Shown here piece by piece: positions 1 through 8,619 of a stretch of DNA of 14,832 bases. The translations under genes and the position numbers were made by a program. Position 1 is the first letter of the stretch, and each line of letters opens with the position of its first letter. The notes beneath the pieces are model-generated. The model saw nothing but the letters and a program-made list of their open reading frames with translations. It was not told the origin of the DNA and did no database searches. The DNA comes from Candidatus Micrarchaeia archaeon (GTDB taxonomy: Archaea; Micrarchaeota; Micrarchaeia; Burarchaeales; JAVZCV01): assembly GCA_038874215.1 (NCBI GenBank), contig JAVZCV010000026.1, positions 1 through 14,832 of the forward strand. The letters run 5' to 3'.

Positions 1-3000
1 CCCACGGCTCAAAACCGGTGCTCTTGCAACAATAGAGCATACCATCTTGCTCGTAGCAGTACTCAGTAGAGCAGTATTTCTCGTACGGCTCTAAGCCGCA
101 GTTGTGCCCTCCGTCGGATAATAAAATTATAACCTTCTGGTTATCCGTTACGTTATCGTCCTTCTCTGGGCAACCAAGAACACCACAATCGGGCTGGCAG
201 TTGTAACAATCTTCTTTTGCGGAATCACAAATCGCATCGCCACAAAATCCGCAATCTTTCAAACAATTCTCGGGTGTCTCCGTTGGGCTACATATTCCAT
301 CCCCACACACCACACCGGGCCCTCCCCCACACTCCGATCTCCTGCATGGCAGACAATCCGTACATGATGGACAACTCTCCCCAGCATCACAAACACAATC
401 ATAATCACATCCTGGCCCACCACCCCCACAATCACCCGGGCAGTTCATAGCTGTCTCCCCCAACCCAGGCTCACAAACCCCATTGTTATTACAAGGCGTC
501 CCAGGCCCTCCCCCACACTCCGATCTCCTGCATGGCAGACAATCCGTACATGATGGACAACTCTCCCCAGCATCACAAACACAATCATAATCACATCCTG
601 GCCCACCACCCTGTTGAAGCAACAACCCATTCCACTTTTTTGCTAACATAACGGGTTTAGTTTGAGTGCAAGCAAAACCAGCAGGAAGCCCACTCCAATA
701 GCCCCCGACCCCCAACTCCCCCAAAACAAGTTTTACTGATGCGTTTAGCGCAGCGCCGAGGTTCGTTTCTCCGCTTGTCTGATCAACAAGCCCGTCCAAA
801 ACACCCTCCACATATTCTTTTGAATCATCCGTCGCCATCACAAGCGGCGTTACGGCAGAAGCCTTACAGTTCCTGAATGATACAACACCAAGGTAGTTCC
901 CATTCGGAGTTTTGTTAACAAACTTCTTCGCGGCATCAACCGCATACGTTATCTTGTCCTCCGTTACTGTTCTCATACTGGCAGTCGTATCTATCGTAAG
1001 AACAATATTTGATCTCGTTATCCTCTCAAAATATGCTTCAGCCCTCAAATTCATGTCAAACCATGCGCCCTCAGAAACTTTCTTTTGCTGTTTATCCTCA
1101 AAAAGCCATGCATCCTTCGGGCCAGCCCACTTATACGTTTCTATAACTGAAAGCGGCTTTGCTGTTATCGGTGTGCTGCATATTTGCGCCCAGCCACCCT
1201 GCCACGATACCCAAACTGATGCCCTTCTCGTTTCTCTATGAAACGGTGGAGATTCTATTGTACATTTATGCACTAGGTTGCTTGAAGCAGGTATACTGTA
1301 CTCCGTCCCGGGATCGTCTGGCGTGCATTTTACAAGCAGTTTTGCATTAGAATATGGTGCTTCGCTGTTCAATTGGATATAGAGATTTGTATCAAACGTT
1401 CCCCAGCCAGCGTTGGGCCACGCTGTCATCGTGCATGTTATCGGCTTATCTGTAATCGTTGTGCGGCACACATAGTTTTTCTCATTGGGCAACCTTATTG
1501 TTGCGTTCCCTTCTGGGGCAAAGCCTGCCTGCGCCAAAACCTGTGGGTATGTGCAATCCCTGACAGCAACAGCATGGAAAACATCATTTGGATCTCCCAG
1601 CCCCCACACCATGTAACCGTAATTACTTTCATAATACGGGTCGCTTGGGTTTGTTGGGTCAAACTCCACCATTCTAACCAGCTCTGTTGTACCACCTCTC
1701 GTGCAATTTATCTCGGCGTATATGCCCTTTGCAGGATCGTTGAATTCTGCTTTTAACTCATTCGGTATGTTGTAGAGTTTGTACATCACCCTGCCCACCG
1801 CCTCCCCAGAGAACGTGGTTATGTTCGCCCCGATGCTGCAGAAAGGCTTCGGGGTATATACAACTTTCGGATAATCGCTAACCTTTCCAGTGCAGTTTAT
1901 CGGCAGAAATTTTATTCCCAACTCTTCAAGATATTCAAGAGATGTGTTAGCCCACGTTGTGAAGTTAACAGGTTTTACCTCTATATTCGGGTCCATTGGG
2001 TCTTCAATGACCACTGTCCCAACATACGGATACGTACACCGAAGTTTTGCGTAGATAGGTTTAACAAGGGCGTTTTTTGGAGTGCACTCCGCACACGGCG
2101 GGCAATCAGCAGGGCAGCTCGTGCAGTTTTCAAAGAACTCCATGCCAGAATCACATACTCCGTTCCCGCATGTTGCAGGCGGGACGATGACTTCAACAAT
2201 CTCGCCACTATCCCTGAACGTGCAATCCCCGATACCGCACGTAGTTTTTGGGTTGCATATACCATCGTTGCATACTGTGTCATCGGGATGCGCAGGAATC
2301 GGAGAATTCGTAAATGTGTATTCGCCACTCTGCAATTTTTCATCTTTGTACTCATCATAGTAATAGCACGTCATGTTTATGCGCAGCTTTTTCCCGCTGT
2401 ACTGCCTCGGTATGTCTCTTATCTCCACCCAAGTATCAACACTAAACTCGCCAGTGCCGATATACGGGGGCGTGTATCTATAGTAGTTGAGCGGATAATA
2501 GTAAACGCAGCTTGGTTGTGGAAGCGCCAAATCCCCTATCCCTATGCTCTTCCAGCACTCTGAATTAGGGAAGTTGTACCATATTCTCTCTGGTATATTC
2601 TGTATCCTCGCCCTCGCCGTGTATGTTTTTGTTATATTGACTTGGGGGTAGCTGCAGTTCCGTGCAGCCCAAGCAAGGCGCTCGTTAGGCACATATGTCA
2701 TAACGGATTCTACACCCATATCTGCTGGGTCTTCTACATCACACCATATCATGGCATTCAGAGGCTTATTCACTATATCATCCCCAAGCGCAGGATTTGG
2801 GTAATCCTCTGGCAGATTGCGTATTGTCGCATTAACTACAGTCGTGAATGGCCCGTACTCCCCACCGCCTCCTCCCAGCTCCCCCCATATCCCGCCCAAG
2901 CAAGAATACAATGAGCAGTAGGGCGTATTCGGCGGATAATCCCTAACTTTGCCATTCGCAGAACAAGAAGTTTTAGCGTAATACTCATTCGCAGGAAAAC

Positions 3001-4084
3001 TCAAAACGCCCGATATCATATAGTCTGTTGTGTGCGTAACAAGCGGATATTCGCACTGGATTTTCGCATAGCCACACGTAGGGCATTCCGGGCCTGGGCA
3101 AAGCCTGCTCGGCCATGTTCCATCATCATACCACCAATATTGGTCCCACCAACTCCACCAACAACCACCCATCACAGAATAGTCGGTTCTCGTTAATGCT
3201 ACTTCCCTCCCCTCATCGCTATCGCTGCACTTCATGTTCACTTTAAATTCAGTGTTTTCGTCAAGGTAGCTGTAAGGAGGCAAAGCCCACGCATAAAAAG
3301 TTATCTCCTGCGTTTTCGGGCCAATTAATTCATAAGAAAGGCCCGTAGTCGGGTTGTATGGGAAACTACAAAATGGACCTGGTGGTGAGGAAACCAAAAC
3401 AGCAACATCACACCCGATCGTCTTCAACTGCCCCTCCTCATAATAATCCCTCTCCGCCCTCACCGTATACGTCCTGCCATACTTCACATGCGGGTATGAG
3501 CATATATGCGATGCCTTGCTTTCAAAAAACGGCTCCTCATGCCAACCATCATCTTCGTGGCATTTGAACCGCACCGTTCCATACTCCCCCACATACCTAA
3601 GGGTAGCGGTTATGTTTGACTCATACGGCCCTATCCATCCATTCGGCTTTGCGCCAATAGCACAAGAAGGCTGTACCTTTGGGCTGTCATATACAGGGAA
3701 ATCACATGCAACCCCGTCCGAATCCCACGTTGCCTCCGCGCTCGCCGTGTACAAGGTCTGCTTGCTCACTTCGGGGTATGTGCATGAGCGAGAGGCGTAC
3801 CCTTTCGTATTATCGTTCTGGTCCCTTACTATGTCAACAATCAGGCCTGCCTCTGACTCTGTGCAGCGGATTTTTGCCTGCGTAACGCTTATCGGCAAAT
3901 CCGTAAAATTGACCTTCGCCTGCCATGTGAATTCACCAACATCGGCTATATACCCCCCTTCCTCATCAAAAACGCAGGAGGGAACAGAAAAAGCGAGCGA
4001 AACCATCACGATAACCATGACTGCTTCCCACAGACCCCGAGATAAACAAAAACCTTTCAATACGGAATGCCCCCCTTCTCCCAA
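1..4084 (-). CDS. Giant secreted cysteine-rich surface protein/putative adhesin (>=1361 aa, 3' end outside window): signal peptide, seven 4-Cys repeat domains, VWA domain with Cys-rich insertion
   Basis: Manual translation of the minus strand gives one stop-free frame from the start region to position 2; the ORF track omits it, presumably because no stop is in the window. Start chosen at TTG 4084 (GGGGTGA-N4-TTG, same spacing as other genes here); in-frame alternatives 4114, 4087, 4060, 4018. Signal-like N-terminus (..EAVMVIVMVSLAFS/VPSC). VWA motifs NIVLTIDTTASM (1009-974), GETNLGAAL, KVIILLSDG (136-110). CGDGIC/CGNGVC-type repeats and several N-x-S/T sequons. Confidence 0.92.
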   Translation of the reverse strand, partial: MGEGGHSVLKGFCLSRGLWEAVMVIVMVSLAFSVPSCVFDEEGGYIADVGEFTWQAKVNFTDLPISVTQAKIRCTESEAGLIVDIVRDQNDNTKGYASRSCTYPEVSKQTLYTASAEATWDSDGVACDFPVYDSPKVQPSCAIGAKPNGWIGPYESNITATLRYVGEYGTVRFKCHEDDGWHEEPFFESKASHICSYPHVKYGRTYTVRAERDYYEEGQLKTIGCDVAVLVSSPPGPFCSFPYNPTTGLSYELIGPKTQEITFYAWALPPYSYLDENTEFKVNMKCSDSDEGREVALTRTDYSVMGGCWWSWWDQYWWYDDGTWPSRLCPGPECPTCGYAKIQCEYPLVTHTTDYMISGVLSFPANEYYAKTSCSANGKVRDYPPNTPYCSLYSCLGGIWGELGGGGGEYGPFTTVVNATIRNLPEDYPNPALGDDIVNKPLNAMIWCDVEDPADMGVESVMTYVPNERLAWAARNCSYPQVNITKTYTARARIQNIPERIWYNFPNSECWKSIGIGDLALPQPSCVYYYPLNYYRYTPPYIGTGEFSVDTWVEIRDIPRQYSGKKLRINMTCYYYDEYKDEKLQSGEYTFTNSPIPAHPDDTVCNDGICNPKTTCGIGDCTFRDSGEIVEVIVPPATCGNGVCDSGMEFFENCTSCPADCPPCAECTPKNALVKPIYAKLRCTYPYVGTVVIEDPMDPNIEVKPVNFTTWANTSLEYLEELGIKFLPINCTGKVSDYPKVVYTPKPFCSIGANITTFSGEAVGRVMYKLYNIPNELKAEFNDPAKGIYAEINCTRGGTTELVRMVEFDPTNPSDPYYESNYGYMVWGLGDPNDVFHAVAVRDCTYPQVLAQAGFAPEGNATIRLPNEKNYVCRTTITDKPITCTMTAWPNAGWGTFDTNLYIQLNSEAPYSNAKLLVKCTPDDPGTEYSIPASSNLVHKCTIESPPFHRETRRASVWVSWQGGWAQICSTPITAKPLSVIETYKWAGPKDAWLFEDKQQKKVSEGAWFDMNLRAEAYFERITRSNIVLTIDTTASMRTVTEDKITYAVDAAKKFVNKTPNGNYLGVVSFRNCKASAVTPLVMATDDSKEYVEGVLDGLVDQTSGETNLGAALNASVKLVLGELGVGGYWSGLPAGFACTQTKPVMLAKKWNGLLLQQGGGPGCDYDCVCDAGESCPSCTDCLPCRRSECGGGPGTPCNNNGVCEPGLGETAMNCPGDCGGGGPGCDYDCVCDAGESCPSCTDCLPCRRSECGGGPGVVCGDGICSPTETPENCLKDCGFCGDAICDSAKEDCYNCQPDCGVLGCPEKDDNVTDNQKVIILLSDGGHNCGLEPYEKYCSTEYCYEQDGMLYCCKSTGFEPW
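318..425. repeat. 108-bp perfect direct repeat, copy 1 (encodes a GGGPGCDYDCVCDAGESCPSCTDCLPCRRSECGGGP module on the minus strand)
   Basis: Base-by-base identical to 504-611; offset 186 nt, so in frame. Confidence 0.97.
504..611. repeat. 108-bp perfect direct repeat, copy 2
   Basis: Identical to 318-425; separated by 78 nt encoding a different 4-Cys module (CNNNGVCEPGLGETAMNCPGDC). Confidence 0.97.
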
Positions 4085-4088
4085 CACC

Positions 4089-4607
4089 TCACCCCAAACC
4101 AAAACCCACCACATCAAGAGCGTTCCTCGGCCCGTTTATCTCATATACCCTTGTGCCATTATGCACTATATAAACGTATGTTGTTCCATTCATGCCTGCT
4201 ATGCTGGCATAAAATACGCGCAATCCACCATACAGGTAGCTTGCCGTTTTAATGTTATCGTACTTCCCTTCCTTCTCACGCCTGAACATCTCTTGCTTGT
4301 TTGCATAACTTGCAGCATCCTCTATATTCCTAAACTCATATACCCTCTCATAGATTAGCGGAGTTTCATCAATTTTGTAGATTCTCTGCAACGCCCGCAC
4401 AATACCTGCCCTCTTCATGCTACTTGTTAAGTTAAACTCCTCATAGTTTCCCTCCATCCTACCGTATGGAGTAGAGCCACCCTGCAAAACCTTCTCCCCC
4501 TCACTGTATTCAGCTTCAACCCCTTGCTGGGTGCTCACCATCAAATAAACAGCCAAAGCGAATAAAACAAGAAGGAACACAAGCGCAGCGCCTTCACCAA
4601 AATTCAT
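4089..4607 (-). CDS. Hypothetical protein with N-terminal membrane anchor/signal (172 aa)
   Basis: Hydrophobic N-terminus (AALVFLLVLFALAVYLMV); ATGA overlap with the upstream response regulator stop; GGAGG upstream; ends 4 nt before the giant ORF start. Confidence 0.85.
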   Translation of the reverse strand: MNFGEGAALVFLLVLFALAVYLMVSTQQGVEAEYSEGEKVLQGGSTPYGRMEGNYEEFNLTSSMKRAGIVRALQRIYKIDETPLIYERVYEFRNIEDAASYANKQEMFRREKEGKYDNIKTASYLYGGLRVFYASIAGMNGTTYVYIVHNGTRVYEINGPRNALDVVGFGLG

Positions 4608-5824
4608 CGTGTTCCCTCCTCACCCCCCTCATTGCGGGGTTTGGAAAGCGAGAGCCTAACCCCTCTTGCATCCCGTGTTATTGATACATCCGCATCGGTG
4701 CCCCCAAGCATTTCAAGCAACTCCTGATAGGTGTAAGAGCCTATATCTTTAATCCCCGCATCTTTCCCAATACCCCTCCTTTCCAGTATCTCGCCACGCT
4801 TTGCCAGCAGTTTCTCAGGCGGTACAAACTCATAACTTATAGCGAGCCTGTTTTTTGCTCCTTCATGTGCGTCAAACATTCCCTCAATACCTTCTGCGAA
4901 ATCAACAACCATCTTCTCCTGGTATATAAACGGCAGAACCCTCTCAAACTCCTCAATCACATCCGTTACCATTGCCTCAATCTTGCCTTTGCAACCACCA
5001 ACGATAAACTCGCCGTTTCCCACATAGCCGACGAATGCACATGCCTCCTTCCACCTTCCCGCTTTCTCTTGTATTATCTGCGAGACAAGCCTCACTATTA
5101 CCTCCGCAGCACGCTCCCCATGCTCAACAGCATACATGCCAATGTTCTCTATTCTTACCCTGCATATTTCAAAGTTCCCCTCCCCTATCAATTCCTCCAT
5201 CTCCCTTGAAATTCTCTCCTCATCGGGCAAATCTATCAGAGGGTCAAACCTTTTGCCCTTCTTTTTTAGAAATATGTTTACGAGCGAGCGAAGCTCTTTT
5301 GGGTCAAAGGGTTTTCTTATGTAGTAATCTGCACCCAACCTTATTCCTTCAAAGCGATTTTTCGCAGCATCAGCGGCAGAAACGATAACCACCGTAATAT
5401 CTTTGAGAGCTACGTCTGTCTTTATCGCTTGGCATATCTCAAGCCCATTCATACCCGGCAGCATAAGATCCAGAATTACAAGGTTAGGCTTATGCTCCCT
5501 CACCATCTTCATTCCTTCATTGCCATCATATGCCTGCAGAATTTCAAAGCCCCTCCCCAAAGAGAGCTTTATCAGCCTATTTATGTCCCTGTCATCCTCA
5601 ACGATAAGAACCTTCATCGGCTTCTCCTTTTCAAGCGCGTAGTACATTTCTTGGCTGCCGACGATGCGTTTTTCAATAGCGCCAGATTCAAGCAAGCGCA
5701 AAAGGGCGTTATCAATTCTCTCTTTATGCTCTGGCAATAGCTTAACAATCTCGTTTTTAGATAGCTCATCGCTTTTCTCAAATACCTGCAATATAAGGGA
5801 TTCAACCATTAACGGCTCGCCCAT
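4604..5824 (-). CDS. Response regulator: N-terminal winged-HTH-like domain, receiver (REC) domain, degenerate GGDEF-like domain (406 aa)
   Basis: REC motifs KVLIVEDD, LVILDLMLPGMNG (phospho-acceptor Asp codon 5468-5470), VSA, GADYYIRKPF. C-terminal part follows the GGDEF template (DPLIDLPD ~ DxLTGLPN; FVGYVGNGEFIV ~ FVGHIGGDDFVV). N-terminal ~60 aa has helix-turn-helix plus wing pattern. GGGTGA-N4-ATG ribosome site. Confidence 0.9.
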   Translation of the reverse strand: MGEPLMVESLILQVFEKSDELSKNEIVKLLPEHKERIDNALLRLLESGAIEKRIVGSQEMYYALEKEKPMKVLIVEDDRDINRLIKLSLGRGFEILQAYDGNEGMKMVREHKPNLVILDLMLPGMNGLEICQAIKTDVALKDITVVIVSAADAAKNRFEGIRLGADYYIRKPFDPKELRSLVNIFLKKKGKRFDPLIDLPDEERISREMEELIGEGNFEICRVRIENIGMYAVEHGERAAEVIVRLVSQIIQEKAGRWKEACAFVGYVGNGEFIVGGCKGKIEAMVTDVIEEFERVLPFIYQEKMVVDFAEGIEGMFDAHEGAKNRLAISYEFVPPEKLLAKRGEILERRGIGKDAGIKDIGSYTYQELLEMLGGTDADVSITRDARGVRLSLSKPRNEGGEEGTR

Positions 5825-5895
5825 GCAATCACCCTTCTCACATTCATCTCAACCTATTTATATTAGAACTATATTAATCTATTTGGGACCAGCCA
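5825..5895. promoter_or_regulatory. Compact divergent promoter region between response regulator and histidine kinase
   Basis: 71-bp AT-rich gap with TATA-like elements: TATAAAT on the minus strand (5862-5856) and TATATTAAT on the plus strand (5870-5878), the latter starting 26 nt before ATG 5896, suggesting a leaderless kinase mRNA. Confidence 0.55.
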
Positions 5896-8556
5896 ATGGA
5901 AAGACCAATCACAGAACTTGAAAGCATAGAATCAATCCTGAACGACATACCAGAAAACATACTCATCGTAGCAGACGGTAGGATAACCTTTATGAACAGG
6001 TTTGCGATAGCCGAATTCGGGAATCTCGTAGGAAAAGCGCACCCATCCCTTTTCGGCTTTGTGCAGAATGCCCCAATGGAAGAGCGTAAGGAGAACAGCA
6101 ACCACATCAGAATCGGCTCAAAATACTACGAGCCCTGCTTCTCCCCCTTTCTCGCCAACAGCAAGCTGGTTATATTGCGTGATATTACGCAAAAAATTTT
6201 GCTTGAAAAGAAGAACTCAGAAAACAGCAAAAGGCTCATTCTTTTAAACGAGCTTGCAAAGCTTTTCACGCTACGGCTTTCAGAAGACGAACTGCTCTTG
6301 CGCCTACCTCTAGAACTCAGGAAAGTGATAAATTTTACAAGCTCGCAGATTTTTCTGATAGAGAACGACGCCTGCATCTCTATTGAACTTGAAACGCAAA
6401 AAAAGGCGCCATTCACGCTTGCGGGCAGCTCTGCTGCATACTGCGTTGAAGCAAAAAAACCCTTCCTCCAAAACAACGTTGGCGCATACTCCGAGTTCTA
6501 CGATCTGCGCGAAAAGCATGAGCAAGGAATCCGCTCAATCCTTATCGCACCGCTCTTAATTGCAGACAAGCCGATAGGCGCTCTTGTTTTAAATAGCACA
6601 TCAGAAAATGCGTTTTCAGAGGACGACGCGCATTACCTGCAGCTCATCGCCGGTGATGTTGCGAGCGCTCTTGAAAACGCTCGCCTTTTCAAGCATGCCC
6701 GCATCTCTGAAAAACTCCTCCGCGTTCTTTTTGAGAAATCAACGGATGCGATATTCGTTTTTGACTCATCTACTGGCGAGATTTTAAGCGCGAACGAAAT
6801 GGCTGAGAAAATAACAGGCATCCCGCGCCCAGAACTCCTAAAAAAAACATTCCAGAGTTTGTTCGGCAGGCGTAGCATAGGAGAGCTTGGGCTCATGAAG
6901 GAGCATGTTCTCAGCCTTGAGATGCTTCCAGACTCTGATGCGCCGCGCATAGTTGAAATCCACACAAGCGAAATGGAAATAGACGGTAGAAAAATAACAA
7001 AGGCATCATGCATAGACGTAACGAAGCGAGTTTTGGCCGAAGCAAACTACAAGGAAATAATTGAGAATATCCCTACGATAGTTTTTTCTTTGAACAGCAG
7101 GAGCGAGCTTGTCTCAATAAACGAAGAAGTGACATGCCTGCTCGGTTATTCAAAAGAAGAGCTTTCTGGCGTTTTGTTCCCGAAAATAATACACCCAGAG
7201 GACTTCCGCATGTTTAGCAATGCAATAACGGAGTTGCAGGGAGGCAAAAAAACAGTGAGCAATCTCGTAGTTCGCGTTTTTGCCAAAAATGATGAGCTCA
7301 GATACTTTGAGATGCATCTGCGGGGGAAATACAACGCAAAAGGAGAGCTCATCGGAGTAAACGGGATTATGTCTGACATAACAGAGAAGAAAAAAGCATA
7401 CGAGCACGAGCAGATGCTCGCAAAGATAATAACCAACTCATCGGATGCGATATACTGGATAGACGGTTCAGGCACAGTCCGTTTCTGGAATGTAGGAGCA
7501 GAGAAAATATTCGGCTACACGAGCGAAGAGATGCTCGGCGGGAGCATACTCCTTACCTACCCATACGAATCCCGCCACGAGCTTACCGAAATGATAAACG
7601 AGCTTGGGGCTGGGAAAACGATAGACGGGCTTGAGACAACGAGAATAAGCAAGAGTGGGGAAGAGGTAATGGTAAAGCTATACGCAAGCGCGATAAAAGA
7701 TGAGGACGGAAGGACGTTGGGCTACCTGCATATCTGCCGTGATATGTCATCGCAGAAAAAGATTGAGGAGGGCGAGGAGGCAAGGCGCAGGCTTGAGCAG
7801 AAAACGCAAGAGCTCATGGAGCTTAACAGAATGAAATCAGAGTTCATCTCGGATGTTTCGCACGAGTTCAAGACTCCACTCACAAACATACACGGATATG
7901 CGCGCCTTCTATACGATGGGGAGTTCGGCGAGCTAAATGAAGAGCAGATGGAGTTCGTGAGGATAATACAGAATGAGTCTGAGCGGCTCGCCCGCTTGAT
8001 AAACGACGTGCTTGAACTCTCCCGCATAGATGCAGGAAAGATAACTCTGAAAATGCAGGAGCTTGACATCAGAGACCTCATAGACAAATGCTCGTGCAAA
8101 TCAATGGCGGACGAAAAGGGCCTATACGTGAAATGGGAGATAAGCGAAGATGTCCCGAAAATAGAGGCAGACCCAGACCGAATAGCGCAGGTTCTCATAA
8201 ACCTAATATCAAACGGGATAAAATTCACGGAAAAAGGAGGCGTGACGGTTAGGATTTTTGTAGCTGGGAAAAACAAGATACAGGTTGATGTGAGCGATAC
8301 GGGAATAGGCATAGCGCCAGAGCATAGGGACAAAATATTCAGGCGTTTCTACCAAGTTTATAGGGGCGGGGATGAAAAACGAAAGGGCACAGGGCTCGGC
8401 CTTACGATAGTGAAAGAGATAGTGAGGCTCCATGGCGGAAAAATCTGGGTAAATTCAGAAGTCGGCAAGGGCTCAACATTCAGCTTTACACTCCCCATAA
8501 GGAGAAAGCAGAAGCAACCGAAAACAGAAGAAAAAAATGCCGAAACGGGGGCGTAG
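5896..8556 (+). CDS. Soluble multi-sensor histidine kinase (PAS-GAF-PAS-PAS-PAS-HisKA-HATPase_c), 886 aa
   Basis: H-box [11 protein letters not shown] (His codon 7861-7863), N-box [15 protein letters not shown]1 [18 protein letters not shown]2 GTGLGL; GAF motif [33 protein letters not shown] motifs ([22 protein letters not shown]). No obvious TM helix. Confidence 0.96.
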   Translation: MERPITELESIESILNDIPENILIVADGRITFMNRFAIAEFGNLVGKAHPSLFGFVQNAPMEERKENSNHIRIGSKYYEPCFSPFLANSKLVILRDITQKILLEKKNSENSKRLILLNELAKLFTLRLSEDELLLRLPLELRKVINFTSSQIFLIENDACISIELETQKKAPFTLAGSSAAYCVEAKKPFLQNNVGAYSEFYDLREKHEQGIRSILIAPLLIADKPIGALVLNSTSENAFSEDDAHYLQLIAGDVASALENARLFKHARISEKLLRVLFEKSTDAIFVFDSSTGEILSANEMAEKITGIPRPELLKKTFQSLFGRRSIGELGLMKEHVLSLEMLPDSDAPRIVEIHTSEMEIDGRKITKASCIDVTKRVLAEANYKEIIENIPTIVFSLNSRSELVSINEEVTCLLGYSKEELSGVLFPKIIHPEDFRMFSNAITELQGGKKTVSNLVVRVFAKNDELRYFEMHLRGKYNAKGELIGVNGIMSDITEKKKAYEHEQMLAKIITNSSDAIYWIDGSGTVRFWNVGAEKIFGYTSEEMLGGSILLTYPYESRHELTEMINELGAGKTIDGLETTRISKSGEEVMVKLYASAIKDEDGRTLGYLHICRDMSSQKKIEEGEEARRRLEQKTQELMELNRMKSEFISDVSHEFKTPLTNIHGYARLLYDGEFGELNEEQMEFVRIIQNESERLARLINDVLELSRIDAGKITLKMQELDIRDLIDKCSCKSMADEKGLYVKWEISEDVPKIEADPDRIAQVLINLISNGIKFTEKGGVTVRIFVAGKNKIQVDVSDTGIGIAPEHRDKIFRRFYQVYRGGDEKRKGTGLGLTIVKEIVRLHGGKIWVNSEVGKGSTFSFTLPIRRKQKQPKTEEKNAETGA

Positions 8557-8619
8557 TGGTGCTGTTTGCAAACGATTATATACCCCCAAGCACCTAATTT
8601 TTATGCGGCCAGTGGTAGC

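Noticed and set aside
318-611. 108-bp repeat pair as a DGR template/variable repeat or CRISPR unit
   Set aside because: Copies are identical with no adenine-specific mismatches, both are in-frame coding, no reverse transcriptase is in the window, and the unit is too long for CRISPR.
1-4084. Pseudogene or stop-codon recoding as the reason for no long ORF in the track
   Set aside because: Manual translation found no in-frame stops or frameshifts; the ORF simply leaves the window.
217-4358. Numerous short ORFs in the track (e.g. 217-450, 445-630, 1981-2358, 3516-4358)
   Set aside because: They are antisense or off-frame shadows of the continuous minus-strand giant ORF and the 4089-4607 gene, which show coherent domain motifs.
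4820-5250. Active diguanylate cyclase call
   Set aside because: Signature and metal-binding acidic residues are replaced, so only a degenerate GGDEF-like fold is supported.
8566-8619. Upstream TTG extensions given by the track (8566, 10128, 14186)
   Set aside because: Signal peptide position, ribosome sites and family N-termini favour 8620, 10143 and 14207.
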